A DNA stretch of 59,884 bases, the filler included, from an uncultured Candidatus Sumerlaeota bacterium (lineage in GTDB: Bacteria; CAYMEV01), in NCBI GenBank assembly GCA_964389675.1. It is 12 parts of 12 records of this genome, joined end to end, with 100 filler letters (N's around TTAATTAATTAA, not from the genome) between each part and the next. Parts side by side here need not be neighbours in the genome. Positions count along the whole stretch, not along the records: positions 16,080 to 23,144 come from CAYMEV010000047.1; positions 23,245 to 29,050 come from CAYMEV010000048.1; positions 29,151 to 34,250 come from CAYMEV010000049.1; 9 more parts are not named here. One strand, given 5' to 3'. The notes under the pieces are model-generated. The model was given only the letters and a program-made list of their open reading frames with translations. It ran no database searches and was not told the DNA's origin. Below, in pieces: positions 19,786 through 29,451 of this stretch (its first letter is position 1; each line of letters opens with the position of its first letter). The position numbers were made by a program, and so were the translations under genes.

Positions 19786-20190
19786 TTAAATTATCCAGGG
19801 GCTTACTATTTTATCCAGGCCTCTTTTTGTTATATGTGTATAGATTTCAGCAGTCTTGGAATTTGAATCTCCCAGCAGTTCCTGAATATATCTAAGATCT
19901 GTCCCTCTTTCCAGTAGATGTGCTGCAAAGCTATGCCTGAGTGTATGCACTGTCGCATGCTTTTTTATTCCTGGCTTATATAGTACCATTCTGAATGTAT
20001 TAGGCCTGTTATTCAGGTAATATTCTCTCAGAAGTTCTAAGATAGATTTTGAAATTAATGCTTTTATTCCTTTTATTCTTCCTAATACTTTTTTAATTTT
20101 GGGTGGAGAACATGAAATATCCCGGTATGCAGGCAGGCTGTATCTTTTTAATCTTAGCATCTTATTGTACTTCTCAATAATTTCACTCAT
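19786..20190 (-). pseudogene. Internally deleted tyrosine recombinase (integron-integrase-like)
   Basis: N-terminal LRLKRYS plus C-terminal [27 protein letters not shown]...IYTH; core missing, LGH changed to LGD. Confidence 0.85.
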
Positions 20191-20348
20191 ATCTGCCTGA
20201 AAGACCTGCATTTCTAAGTTTATTTATTTTTGAATAAATTTCCAGTATTTTCTGGGGAAAAGAACAGGGATGAACTATGAGGTTCTCTTATATGGCGTAT
20301 GAGGAATGTCAGGCCTTTTACCTTTATTCCCTCTTTCTGAGTAATTGC

Positions 20349-20474
20349 AGCTAATGGTTGAGGCTAAATGCTGGCGGGCATTTCGCAGTACGCCACAGCC
20401 ACAATGCGATAGAGCTCTTTAGATGCAAGACCCTTTAGATTTTCCGCCCGCTTAATTTTTAGCCTTTGTTGGCC
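20349..20474 (-). other. attC-like site
   Basis: R'' GGCCAAC, arms GGCTAAA/TTTAGCC and GCGGGC/GCCCGC, R' ATTAGCT. Confidence 0.7.
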
Positions 20475-20484
20475 GATCTACTTT

Positions 20485-20688
20485 CTATTTTTCTTCAGAT
20501 CTACCCTTTCTTGATTCAATAACTGGAAATAATATCCCAAGTATTATGGCTAAGCGGAAAGATGTTTCCCAATCGATCTCTGCCGTTTCATGGAAGCCCA
20601 AGCTATAAAGATATGTCACTATACCGCTCACAATTAGGGTAATCGCAAACCCGATAACAAAACTGATTAAGACTTTTTTGAAGTTCAT
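20485..20688 (-). CDS. Small two-TM membrane protein (gene cassette)
   Basis: GGAGG RBS before MNFKK; cassette ends ATTGGCC/GGCCAAC. Confidence 0.7.
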   Translation of the reverse strand: MNFKKVLISFVIGFAITLIVSGIVTYLYSLGFHETAEIDWETSFRLAIILGILFPVIESRKGRSEEK

Positions 20689-20749
20689 AATTATTCCTCC
20701 TGAAGCTTTAGTTTGAAATATTTTTTTTAAAGCAGATTGGCCAATATGA

Positions 20750-20863
20750 TCAGACAGATGAATCTGCCATAATTTCAATGCTGGTTGGACTATATGATTG
20801 CTCTTTATATGTATTTGAATATCTTTTTAGCCTTAGATCGTATTTTTCAGTAATTTTACTCAT
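20750..20863 (-). pseudogene. Second integrase N-terminal remnant
   Basis: MSKITEKYDLRLKRYS versus [18 protein letters not shown]; upstream DNA 20890-21000 resembles 20215-20352. Confidence 0.65.
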
Positions 20864-21022
20864 ATTTCACTTAAGCATCAGCGCTTTTAAGCTTATTTAT
20901 TTTTTGCTTCAATTTCAAGTATTTTCTGGTAAAAAAAGGAAATGACATTTATCCCATTATAATTTATCAGCCGGCCTTTATTCTGAGACTGATTGCAGCT
21001 TCAGAATATACTGGTATAGTGG

Positions 21023-22030
21023 CTATTCTGCATATGCATTTTTTAGGCCAGCTAATTCTTCTCTAAATTGTGTTTTTAATATTGCTTTCTCCTCTTCATT
21101 AAGCCACAATGTGTCAATGGAATTAATTAATATTTCCTGAACATCCTGTTCAGAAAAATGAAATATATCCTCTAATGATTGATATTCTTCAGCCAATGAG
21201 TTATTGAACATTTTCGGGTCATCAGTATTTATTGAAACAGGAATTCCCATATCTATAAAGGTTTTTACCGGATGGTCTTTCAAGTCTGAGATTGCTTTTG
21301 TCCTTAAATTTGATAATATACAGACTTCAACAGGTATTTTATTGTCTGAGAGATACTTTAATAATGCTTTGTCTTCCGTTGCTTTTGTCCCATGTCCAAT
21401 CCTGTCAGCCTTAAGATCCTTCAAAGCGCTCCAGATGCTTTTGGTGCCGGCAGCTTCACCGGCATGAGCAGTAGTTCTAAATCCATACTTCCTTGCTTGT
21501 TCAAAAACATCAATGAAAAGCTCAGGCGGGAATTCTCTTTCAGACCCACCTATCCCAATTCCAATGATACCTGATTCCTTTACTTCATTAATCTCATTAA
21601 GAGTCTGCATTTCATTATCTGCTCCGTAGTCCCTGACCAGATCAACAATTAGATTGATTTTGATTTTGTTCTGATTTTTGATCTCATCTGTTATGGTTTC
21701 AACAATTCTTTGAGTCTTCAGCCTTTTCTTAAATAAAGAGGGAGAAATAAAAATCTCAGCATATTTTACATTTTGGCTGATTAGATCCTGAAGAATAGAA
21801 GCAGTCAATAATGAGAAATCGTCATATTCTCGAATAAATCTATTTTTCCAGGACCATGTTTCTATGAATTGATCGAAATTTCTGTAGACAAACCTGTCTT
21901 TTAGCTGACCTATATTAGAAACAGACTGGTCTCCTCCATATTTTTGAATTAATTGCCATACAGTTCCGAGAGGAATAGCGCCTTCTAAATGTAAATGATT
22001 CTCAACCTTAGGAAATTTCTTGTATTTCAT
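21023..22030 (-). CDS. add: Adenosine deaminase
   Basis: PKVENHLHLEG, TAHAGE, RIGHG, EVCILSN, INTDDP. Confidence 0.92.
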   Translation of the reverse strand: MKYKKFPKVENHLHLEGAIPLGTVWQLIQKYGGDQSVSNIGQLKDRFVYRNFDQFIETWSWKNRFIREYDDFSLLTASILQDLISQNVKYAEIFISPSLFKKRLKTQRIVETITDEIKNQNKIKINLIVDLVRDYGADNEMQTLNEINEVKESGIIGIGIGGSEREFPPELFIDVFEQARKYGFRTTAHAGEAAGTKSIWSALKDLKADRIGHGTKATEDKALLKYLSDNKIPVEVCILSNLRTKAISDLKDHPVKTFIDMGIPVSINTDDPKMFNNSLAEEYQSLEDIFHFSEQDVQEILINSIDTLWLNEEEKAILKTQFREELAGLKNAYAE

Positions 22031-22171
22031 TATATTGCCTTAATCTGTTAGAATTTTTCTGAAAATTCCATCTCTACAAAGTTAGCAGAAGGCCATTCCG
22101 GGTGTCATACTTAAACTCGTACCGCCTTCTTATCCGCATAAATGCACATGGTACTCAAGTCATCCATAATA

Positions 22172-22924
22172 TTATTTGGATGCTTCAATCTTTATACTTT
22201 CAAGATTGATACCATTATATTGTCTTTCGCTAATATCTTTATCTTCTGATAATATTTTTACATTTAATCCGACACTCTTCATGATATTAATGTATTTATC
22301 CTTCAGCAAAGCTCCGCCGACACACCCGGCAATTAATTCAGGATCATTTTTTTGATCAGAAGTTAATTCTTCTAATAAAACAATATCTGAAATGAACATT
22401 TTCCCATCAGTCTTTAAGACCCTATATGCTTCCTTAAAAACATTCTTCTTATCAGTTGCAAGATTAATTACGCAATTACTGATAATAACATCGATAGAAT
22501 TATCATCTATTGGCAATTTTTCAATATCTCCCAGCCTGAATTCAACATTTCCATACTTGTATTTTGTAGCATTTTCCTGAGCCTTATTTATCATTTCCTC
22601 AGTCATATCAACACCGATGACTTTTCCTTTTTCCCCGGCTTTCTTTGCTGCAAGAAATATATCAAAGCCGGCTCCACTCCCCAGATCTAAGACAGTGTCA
22701 CCCTCCTTTATGCTGGATATGGCAACGGGGTTGCCACACCCAAGACCAAGATTTGCTTCAGGAACTGTGCTGATCTCTTCATCAGAGTAGCCTATACTGC
22801 GGGAGATATCCTCGCTTGTATTTATCGACCCGCAGCAGCATGATGAATTATTGCAGCAGGAGCTGTTCTTTGCAATATTTGCATACTGTTCTTTTATAAT
22901 GTCCTTAATTTTTTTGTTTGCCAT
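22172..22924 (-). CDS. arsM: Arsenite S-adenosylmethionine methyltransferase
   Basis: Cys-rich N-terminus, [33 protein letters not shown]. Confidence 0.92.
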   Translation of the reverse strand: MANKKIKDIIKEQYANIAKNSSCCNNSSCCCGSINTSEDISRSIGYSDEEISTVPEANLGLGCGNPVAISSIKEGDTVLDLGSGAGFDIFLAAKKAGEKGKVIGVDMTEEMINKAQENATKYKYGNVEFRLGDIEKLPIDDNSIDVIISNCVINLATDKKNVFKEAYRVLKTDGKMFISDIVLLEELTSDQKNDPELIAGCVGGALLKDKYINIMKSVGLNVKILSEDKDISERQYNGINLESIKIEASK

Positions 22925-23090
22925 TCTAATACTCCTCTTTTTTATAATATATATAATTTAATGATCGGTAAAACTTGCAAACCGGTCATTTCGCATACAG
23001 TTCCGCAGGTATGCGTAGCTCATCTGCTTCTGGAGAAGGCTGTCTTTTTTGATTATGTACGTCCGTTATTCTTAATTTATCTATTATTCG

Positions 23091-23144
23091 TGTACCGGCC
23101 CCAATTAATTGGACACTAATTAAGCATATACACCTAAGCAGCTT
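23091..23144 (-). mobile_element. IS3-family right end
   Basis: TGTACCGGCCCCAATTAATTGGACAC terminal repeat at contig edge. Confidence 0.65.
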
Positions 23145-23245
23145 NNNNNNNNNNNNNNNNNNNNNNNNNNNNNNNNNNNNNNNNNNNNTTAATTAATTAA
23201 NNNNNNNNNNNNNNNNNNNNNNNNNNNNNNNNNNNNNNNNNNNNA

Positions 23246-23605
23246 AGTCTTGTTGAACCTATAATTGTAAATATAGGAGAACCATATACACTTGATATCA
23301 TGGTTATCAATAATGGCACATACAGTGATTTTTCAGATATCGGGAATAACCTGTATCTCTGGGATAAGGAAACTGGAGTGACTGCAGAAATTGAGCCTGA
23401 CCTTTTGAAGGTAACACCACCCACAGCCTGGACAATACCGCCTCTTACCCTGGGCACTTCCCATAAAACAGTAGTTACTATGTCCTTTGATGCAATCGAA
23501 GAGGAAACAAGCAGAGAACATGAGATCGTCATTGTCAAAATGGCTGCCGGCTTTAAGGTAGAGATTGGAGGAGATACATTGAGAGTCCAGGTTTTTGCAC
23601 AATAG
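23246..23605 (+). CDS. C-terminal Ig-like domain of a diverged GH-like family paralog (partial)
   Basis: Open from linker; PII..EPY..INNGT, WTIP, HK..VTM.F, HE, GGDTL align with C-termini of 12300..14180 and 44484..46355. Confidence 0.8.
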   Translation, partial: SLVEPIIVNIGEPYTLDIMVINNGTYSDFSDIGNNLYLWDKETGVTAEIEPDLLKVTPPTAWTIPPLTLGTSHKTVVTMSFDAIEEETSREHEIVIVKMAAGFKVEIGGDTLRVQVFAQ

Positions 23606-23613
23606 GCTGTAAG

Positions 23614-23641
23614 GAAAGAAAGATACACGGTAATTTCTTTC
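23614..23641 (+). other. 3' hairpin containing ACACGG
   Basis: GAAAGAAA-GATACACGGTAA-TTTCTTTC just after stop. Confidence 0.55.
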
Positions 23642-23661
23642 AGGATCATGTTTCTTAGCAT

Positions 23662-23700
23662 TCCAGGGAGGGTGAATAATTATTTCCCCTCCCTGGTTTT
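23662..23700. terminator. Intrinsic terminator-like hairpin between convergent genes
   Basis: CCAGGGAGGG...CCCTCCCTGG then T run. Confidence 0.65.
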
Positions 23701-23879
23701 CAATTGCATTATATATTCCTGAAGTCATTTTATGATTCAGGACAGGCTACATTATATTCTGAGAAATTTATCTAATGGATGTTTCTAAATAATTATTCCC
23801 TAATGGTTTATGAAAACTATTGAGCCCAAAAATAATTGCTTGTTTTACCCGGGCTATATTAAATTATTATATCCAGTCT

Positions 23880-24329
23880 TTATTCTGATCTGTGAAAAGA
23901 GATATAGGTATTGTTTTCACCGTTTTCAATGATCTTTTTTGCATAAACATCACCCAGTATATCATTGCCAGAACCGAATGTTATTGTACCGTTCTTGCAG
24001 ATCAGGTCCTGGTGGATATCATTATTGTCTCCCATTGTGATGTTTCCATTTTCCACTACAACGGTTTTTGTTATATCAATATTGTCCTTGATAAAGATAT
24101 TGCCCTTCTTTATCGTAATTTTGCCGAGTATATTCACTCCGTTACTCATAAACAGGTTGCCTTCATCAATGTAAATATTCCCCGCAACATCGCTTCCTTC
24201 ACTGATGCGTACATCTCCCAGTTCCATTTTGATATCACCGAGGTGATCCCCGGAAATTGTCCTGTCACCTGCAAATACAGCAAATGAAGCCATTAGGAAA
24301 ATAGCGGTTAACAATAAAATTTTTCTCAT
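23880..24329 (-). CDS. Secreted beta-helix / bactofilin-like repeat protein
   Basis: Signal peptide; repeats of the form GNIxIxxGxxIxG. Confidence 0.7.
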   Translation of the reverse strand: MRKILLLTAIFLMASFAVFAGDRTISGDHLGDIKMELGDVRISEGSDVAGNIYIDEGNLFMSNGVNILGKITIKKGNIFIKDNIDITKTVVVENGNITMGDNNDIHQDLICKNGTITFGSGNDILGDVYAKKIIENGENNTYISFHRSE

Positions 24330-24642
24330 TTTCTTCCTCCTTAATTTATTTTCTCAAAGTAATAATAGGAATGATTTAATTTTAATATGGATACTGGCGT
24401 TTAGTCAATAAATCATTCCAATAATAAGATATCAATATTTAATACACTATGCATTTGCCAGTCCATTCATATATATGGACTGACAACATTTTGGAATATT
24501 GCATGGTTTTTGCTTTTATAATTTTCATTTGATAGACAGCCATAATAATATTCCCGCTAATATTTCCAGGCTTTTATTCATAATAAAAAGATTGAAAATA
24601 TGCAGGACCTGCATTATTCTCTTTTCCTTATGGAGGTATCTT

Positions 24643-25026
24643 ATGAATATTGTACACTATGCATTATACATTGGAAAATATGAATATGCTGAAAGGATAT
24701 TTAAAGAGCTTTTTGGACTGGAAAAGGGTGCAGAATTTGAACTGAATGATATAATGTCAGAGAAAATTTTCCAGACAAGGGGGATAAACAGGGGAATAAT
24801 CTATAAAACAGATAATAATGGAATCCTTGAGGTCTTTACGGGTAATGCCTGTATTGAACCAAATAAGGTAAACCATGTCTGCTTTACATTGAAAAATCGT
24901 GAAAAACTTGTCAAAAAGGCTAAGGAAATGGGATTTGATGTAAATATCATACCCAGGGAAAGCAAGGAAGATGTAATTTTTATTAAGGATGACCATGGCA
25001 ATAATTATGAGATAAAAGAGGCCTGA
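24643..25026 (+). CDS. VOC/glyoxalase-family protein
   Basis: GGAGG RBS, VHYAL, NHVCF, FIKDDHGNNYEI. Confidence 0.8.
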   Translation: MNIVHYALYIGKYEYAERIFKELFGLEKGAEFELNDIMSEKIFQTRGINRGIIYKTDNNGILEVFTGNACIEPNKVNHVCFTLKNREKLVKKAKEMGFDVNIIPRESKEDVIFIKDDHGNNYEIKEA

Positions 25027-25217
25027 TACGCTGGGATTGCAGTATTTTCTTTTATCTGCAAAACCTGTGATGGCTTGGCTTTTCTTTTTGCTTTCATGTA
25101 TTTATGGCAGATAATCACCAGCATTGAACATACAGAAAAGAATGGCCCTGATTCAGGGCAATATTGGTTTTGATTTATGATATTTTCATGCAAAAAATTA
25201 AAGACGGAGGCAGATAT

Positions 25218-25772
25218 ATGAGACCATATCTGATAATTATGATTTTATGCATTGCAATGCTTTTTACAAATAATACAATAGGAGAGGAGAACATGGAGAA
25301 ACCTGTACTTGACCCGAACATCCACCATTACCTGGGAATTGAGCTGAATATGCAGGTATGGAACCTGCTTGGCAAAGCTGACAGGGATGCAAATGACAAT
25401 AACCGGATGGTAGCATTTGCAAAGGGCAGTCTGTATCACTGGCATCACTCCCCGCATTTCCAGCCTGTGAATGCACAGAGGGGAGAGTGGCTGATATCAA
25501 GGGTCTATGCAGTCCTTAACAGTGCCGGAAAAGCACTGCATCATGCATTAAACTGTCACGAACTTACAAAGAAGCTGAATCTTGAGGACTTCGACCTTGC
25601 CTACTCCTGTGAAGCTCTTGCAAGGGCATATGCACTGAGCGGGGATAGGGAAAACTTTGAAAAATACTATAAGCTTGCAGAGAAAGCTGGAGAAAAGATA
25701 GAGGATGCAGAAAATAAAAAGCTGTTCTTTGAAGACCTTAAATCTGAACCATGGGCTTTGAAAATGCAGTAA
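25218..25772 (+). CDS. Hypothetical helical protein with signal peptide
   Basis: Long ORF with SLYHW, RGEWLISRVYA, EALARAYA; start uncertain. Confidence 0.7.
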   Translation: MRPYLIIMILCIAMLFTNNTIGEENMEKPVLDPNIHHYLGIELNMQVWNLLGKADRDANDNNRMVAFAKGSLYHWHHSPHFQPVNAQRGEWLISRVYAVLNSAGKALHHALNCHELTKKLNLEDFDLAYSCEALARAYALSGDRENFEKYYKLAEKAGEKIEDAENKKLFFEDLKSEPWALKMQ

Positions 25773-25849
25773 TTTTCATACTGACCTTCTACGGTATGAA
25801 AATGGGTCTTACTGCCGGCTGTCCACTTCAGATGTCATCAAGATAATGG

Positions 25850-27265
25850 CTAATTGTCAAATTTATAAGGGTCCAGCTCATACTCCCTTACTACATTGTA
25901 GAGATTCAGTACAGTATCATTGTCAATCTCAGGAAGAGAGTCTGATATTATGTTCAGAAGGCTGTCATTATGAGGTATTCCTGCCTGATAGCCGGCAATG
26001 AAACTGATAAGAAAATCATTCCATGAAAGCTTCGGGTCTAAAACCTGTATTATATAAAACAGCTTTGCATACATGTTCGCCTTATTGTCAATGATCCCGG
26101 GAAGATAGAATATCCTCGAGTCAAGGATATCCTGATCAATATCATGGTATTCATGCTCGCTTAGATCATATGGATATTTCAGGAAAGCCATCCTTCGAAA
26201 TCTTTCAAAATAGCTCTTATCCAGCACCCTTGAATTATAAAGCGAATTGACTGACATGAAGGTGAGCAGGCTGTTAACGGGAGAAAGCTCTGTCAGGTTT
26301 TTAAAGCTCATGCCTGCAAGGTAGAGTTTTACAGCCTGCCTGAGGACTTCCCTGTAAAGGATTATCTGAAGGTCTTCTGCATAATCCCCGATCTTTGCTA
26401 TGGAGATGAAGCAGATATCATTATAGTACAATACAGGCTTATCAACAATACCTGGCTCCTGCTCATCATAGAAGAAAACGACGAACTGTGAGAGTATTCC
26501 CATATCCTTTGAAATACTGCTTATGGCTTCTGTAAATTCCTTTGAGGAAAGGGCTTTTTTGATATTCCTTGTAATGCTGTTAAGCTGGGAACGGGGTATG
26601 GACTGATCAAGATACAGATTTATTATAGACTGCTTTGAGGAATTTTCAATCTTATGCCACTTTCCTATGGGTATGACCAGTTCAGAAAGCTTATCTATTG
26701 ATGAGGAGAAATAAAGGTCCTTTTTCAGGCTTCCAATGGAAAAAGGCCTGTGGAATTCAACATCCCTGGAATTTATATCTATCTGTATGCTGTCATCCCT
26801 GTACCCTACAGGCTTCATCAGGGTTGTAGAGAAGAACAAGAGCCCCTTATCTCCATCATAGAAGCTCCTGAAAGGCCTTTTTGCATGGTAGAAATCCAGA
26901 GGGACTATCCTGTAGTTGATCAGAAGCTCGCTTTCCTGGGGGACCTCAAGTACTGTCCATTCAACCTTATCCTCCTTCATTTCCTCCCTGGTTATAAGTG
27001 CTCTTGATTTTCCGGAAACAGCACTGAAATCCTTTACATTCTGGGAGGGGTGAAAGTTTATATAATCATAATCCTGGATATAGAATGAATAATCCGATGT
27101 TTCATCTACAATATACTTCATGCTTACCGAGATAAAGAATGGGGATTTATTTATAAAGAACTCATACTTGTAATATGGATCAATACCTTCAGATTCCTGT
27201 CCATAGCATAAATTAACAGAAAAAACCACCAGAACCAATGTAAAAAGCACAATTTTATTTTTCAA
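25850..27265 (-). CDS. Secreted hypothetical protein, weakly M1/M61 peptidase-like
   Basis: About 470-aa ORF with signal peptide, overlapping cobO stop; no HEXXH. Confidence 0.6.
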   Translation of the reverse strand: MKNKIVLFTLVLVVFSVNLCYGQESEGIDPYYKYEFFINKSPFFISVSMKYIVDETSDYSFYIQDYDYINFHPSQNVKDFSAVSGKSRALITREEMKEDKVEWTVLEVPQESELLINYRIVPLDFYHAKRPFRSFYDGDKGLLFFSTTLMKPVGYRDDSIQIDINSRDVEFHRPFSIGSLKKDLYFSSSIDKLSELVIPIGKWHKIENSSKQSIINLYLDQSIPRSQLNSITRNIKKALSSKEFTEAISSISKDMGILSQFVVFFYDEQEPGIVDKPVLYYNDICFISIAKIGDYAEDLQIILYREVLRQAVKLYLAGMSFKNLTELSPVNSLLTFMSVNSLYNSRVLDKSYFERFRRMAFLKYPYDLSEHEYHDIDQDILDSRIFYLPGIIDNKANMYAKLFYIIQVLDPKLSWNDFLISFIAGYQAGIPHNDSLLNIISDSLPEIDNDTVLNLYNVVREYELDPYKFDN

Positions 27266-27773
27266 TTCCAAGCCTAGCCTCCAATCCATCTTTATAATAA
27301 TGTTTTATTTCAACCATTTCAGTAACCAGGTCCGCAATATCTATAAGCTCCCTGGGTGCATATCTTCCTGTAACAACGATCTCTGTCCTTTCCGGCCTGG
27401 CCTTAATTACCGATATAAGGTCATGCACAGAAAACAATCCGAAGAAGACTGCAACATTTGCCTCGTCAAATATTACCATATCATACTCATCGTTTTTCAG
27501 TATCTCCTCCATCTCTTTTAATCCTTTTCTGGCATAGTCAATGTCCTTCTGTGTGGGCTTCTTTACAATAAAGCAGTCCAGGCCGTATTTTCTAATGGTA
27601 ATATAGTCCTGGAGGGCTTTTAGTGCTTTATCCTCGCTGTATTCCATGCTTTTCATAAACTGGCCGATGAAGGTCCTTTTACCAGCTCCTGCAGATCTTA
27701 GCGCCAGGCCAAGGGCAGCGGTTGTTTTACCCTTCCCGTTTCCTGTATATACGTGAATATATCCCTTTTCCAT
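27255..27773 (-). CDS. cobO: Cob(I)alamin adenosyltransferase (CobO/BtuR)
   Basis: YTGNGKGKTTAALGLALR, QFMK, TGRYAP, ADLVTEM. Confidence 0.93.
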   Translation of the reverse strand: MEKGYIHVYTGNGKGKTTAALGLALRSAGAGKRTFIGQFMKSMEYSEDKALKALQDYITIRKYGLDCFIVKKPTQKDIDYARKGLKEMEEILKNDEYDMVIFDEANVAVFFGLFSVHDLISVIKARPERTEIVVTGRYAPRELIDIADLVTEMVEIKHYYKDGLEARLGIEK

Positions 27774-27888
27774 TTTTCCACCTTTTAATTATTCAGTTAA
27801 TATCATACAATTAAATGCCGATTATACAAATATTTTATCTTTAGAATAAAACAAATACGAATATAATGAGGATAAGGGGAAACGGAAT

Positions 27889-29050
27889 ATGCCTTCTGAT
27901 CCAAGAAAAAAGGCTGTCAGTATACTGACTGATATCCTTGCGGACGACAAACATCTCAATGAAGAGATTGAAAAACTGCATACTGCAGATATTGACACAA
28001 GGGATAAAAATCTCTGTATAAATCTTGTTTACGGTGTCCTTCAGAAATTAAAGCTGATTGATGGACTGATTGAAAATTATTCCAGGCATAAGCCAAAAAA
28101 GATAAAGATTTTTGCAATGAATACTCTCAGAATATCCGTTTACAGCATTGTTTTCATGGATAGGATACCCGGCTATGCTGCTGTATCGTCATGCCTTAAT
28201 ATGATCAGAAGAAATGAGATCTATCTCAAAGGGTATTTTCACAGTATATTATCCCGGGTTTCAAAGGACAGGGAAAAGATACTTGATAATATCAGGCAGA
28301 GCAGTGAATATTCCCTGATATATTCACTTCCTGAGTGGTTTTTGGAAAAGATATTTAAGCATTACCCGGAAGCCACGGCTTTGAACATTATACAATCATT
28401 TGATCAAAAGCCCGGGATATTTCTAAGGTTTGCAAAGAAAGGAAGCATCCCCGATCAAATAACAGGAAACAGCACCTGCCTTCCTGAGTTCCTTTCCATT
28501 GAAAGCAGTGACCTGCCGGAAATGGTGAAAATACTTGGAAGGCAGAAAATCCCTTATTATGTCCAGTCCCTTTCAAGCGGGCTGGTATCCTATATATACA
28601 GGCCGGATAAGTCAGAAAAAATAATTGATCTCTGTTGTGGAAAAGGCGGAAAACTGATACATTTTATGGATATCAACAGGGATCAGGACCTTAAGGTATA
28701 TGCATACAGCCACTATGAGAAGGATTTGAAAATGCTCGAGAGAAACCTTCTTCTATGGGGATTTTCAAAAAACATAAAGCTGATAAAAGGGCTTTCAAAT
28801 CTGGGGGAAGGGGAATTCTCGACTGTCCTTCTGGATGTTCCCTGCACAGGATCAGGTATTCTGGCAAAAGCCCCTGATATCAGATACAGGCTTACTGAAG
28901 AAAATCTTGCCCAGCTGAATAAGCTTCAGGGAAGCCTTCTTGGCAGAGCCGTTGAATTAGTACCTGAGGGGGGGCATATTATTTACAGCAGCTGTTCTAT
29001 ACTTAAGGAAGAAAATATTGACATAATAAGGGAATTTGACAGTAAAATTG
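27889..29050 (+). CDS. rsmB: 16S rRNA m5C967 methyltransferase RsmB/Sun (NusB + MTase domains), partial
   Basis: NusB-like N-terminus, DLCCGKGGK, LLDVPCTGSG, YSSCS..EEN. Confidence 0.85.
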
Positions 29051-29150
29051 NNNNNNNNNNNNNNNNNNNNNNNNNNNNNNNNNNNNNNNNNNNNTTAATT
29101 AATTAANNNNNNNNNNNNNNNNNNNNNNNNNNNNNNNNNNNNNNNNNNNN

Positions 29151-29205
29151 GGAGAAATCCACCTTGTCTATTAAAATTTGTGTACAGATTTTAGGGCTCA
29201 TTATA
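29151..29205 (-). mobile_element. IS3-like terminus inserted in a short gene start
   Basis: TATAATGAGCCCTAAAATCTGTACAC at contig edge; interrupts MKMLYRYKTRIG (29206-29244, resembles an Ogt N-terminus). Confidence 0.45.
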
Positions 29206-29451
29206 CATTCCGATCCTTGTTTTGTATCTATATAGCATCTTCATAGTTCTCTCCTTTTTTTCCGTTCCATGTATTTTTTATAACCTATTAGCTATATGCA
29301 TATAAAATCATATATAAGAATTCTTTATAAATTGAACTAATTCCAATAGAAAAAGATGCTAAATTACTTTATAATAATGGCAAAAAATATGCGCATAGGC
29401 ACATTATCCTATTCTTTTCTACATGGTCTAACTATCTTGGTCATTTATTTC

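Noticed and set aside
21023-22924. add and arsM as integron cassettes
   Set aside because: Co-oriented with the array, but no convincing attC boxes follow either gene
22960-23075. Possible third integrase remnant on plus strand (KPVISHTVPQVCVAHLLLEK)
   Set aside because: Resembles the HxLRH box but is too degenerate to support without a profile search
25850-27265. Active M61 aminopeptidase
   Set aside because: No HEXXH motif (YREVLRQ at the likely position); similarity too weak to call
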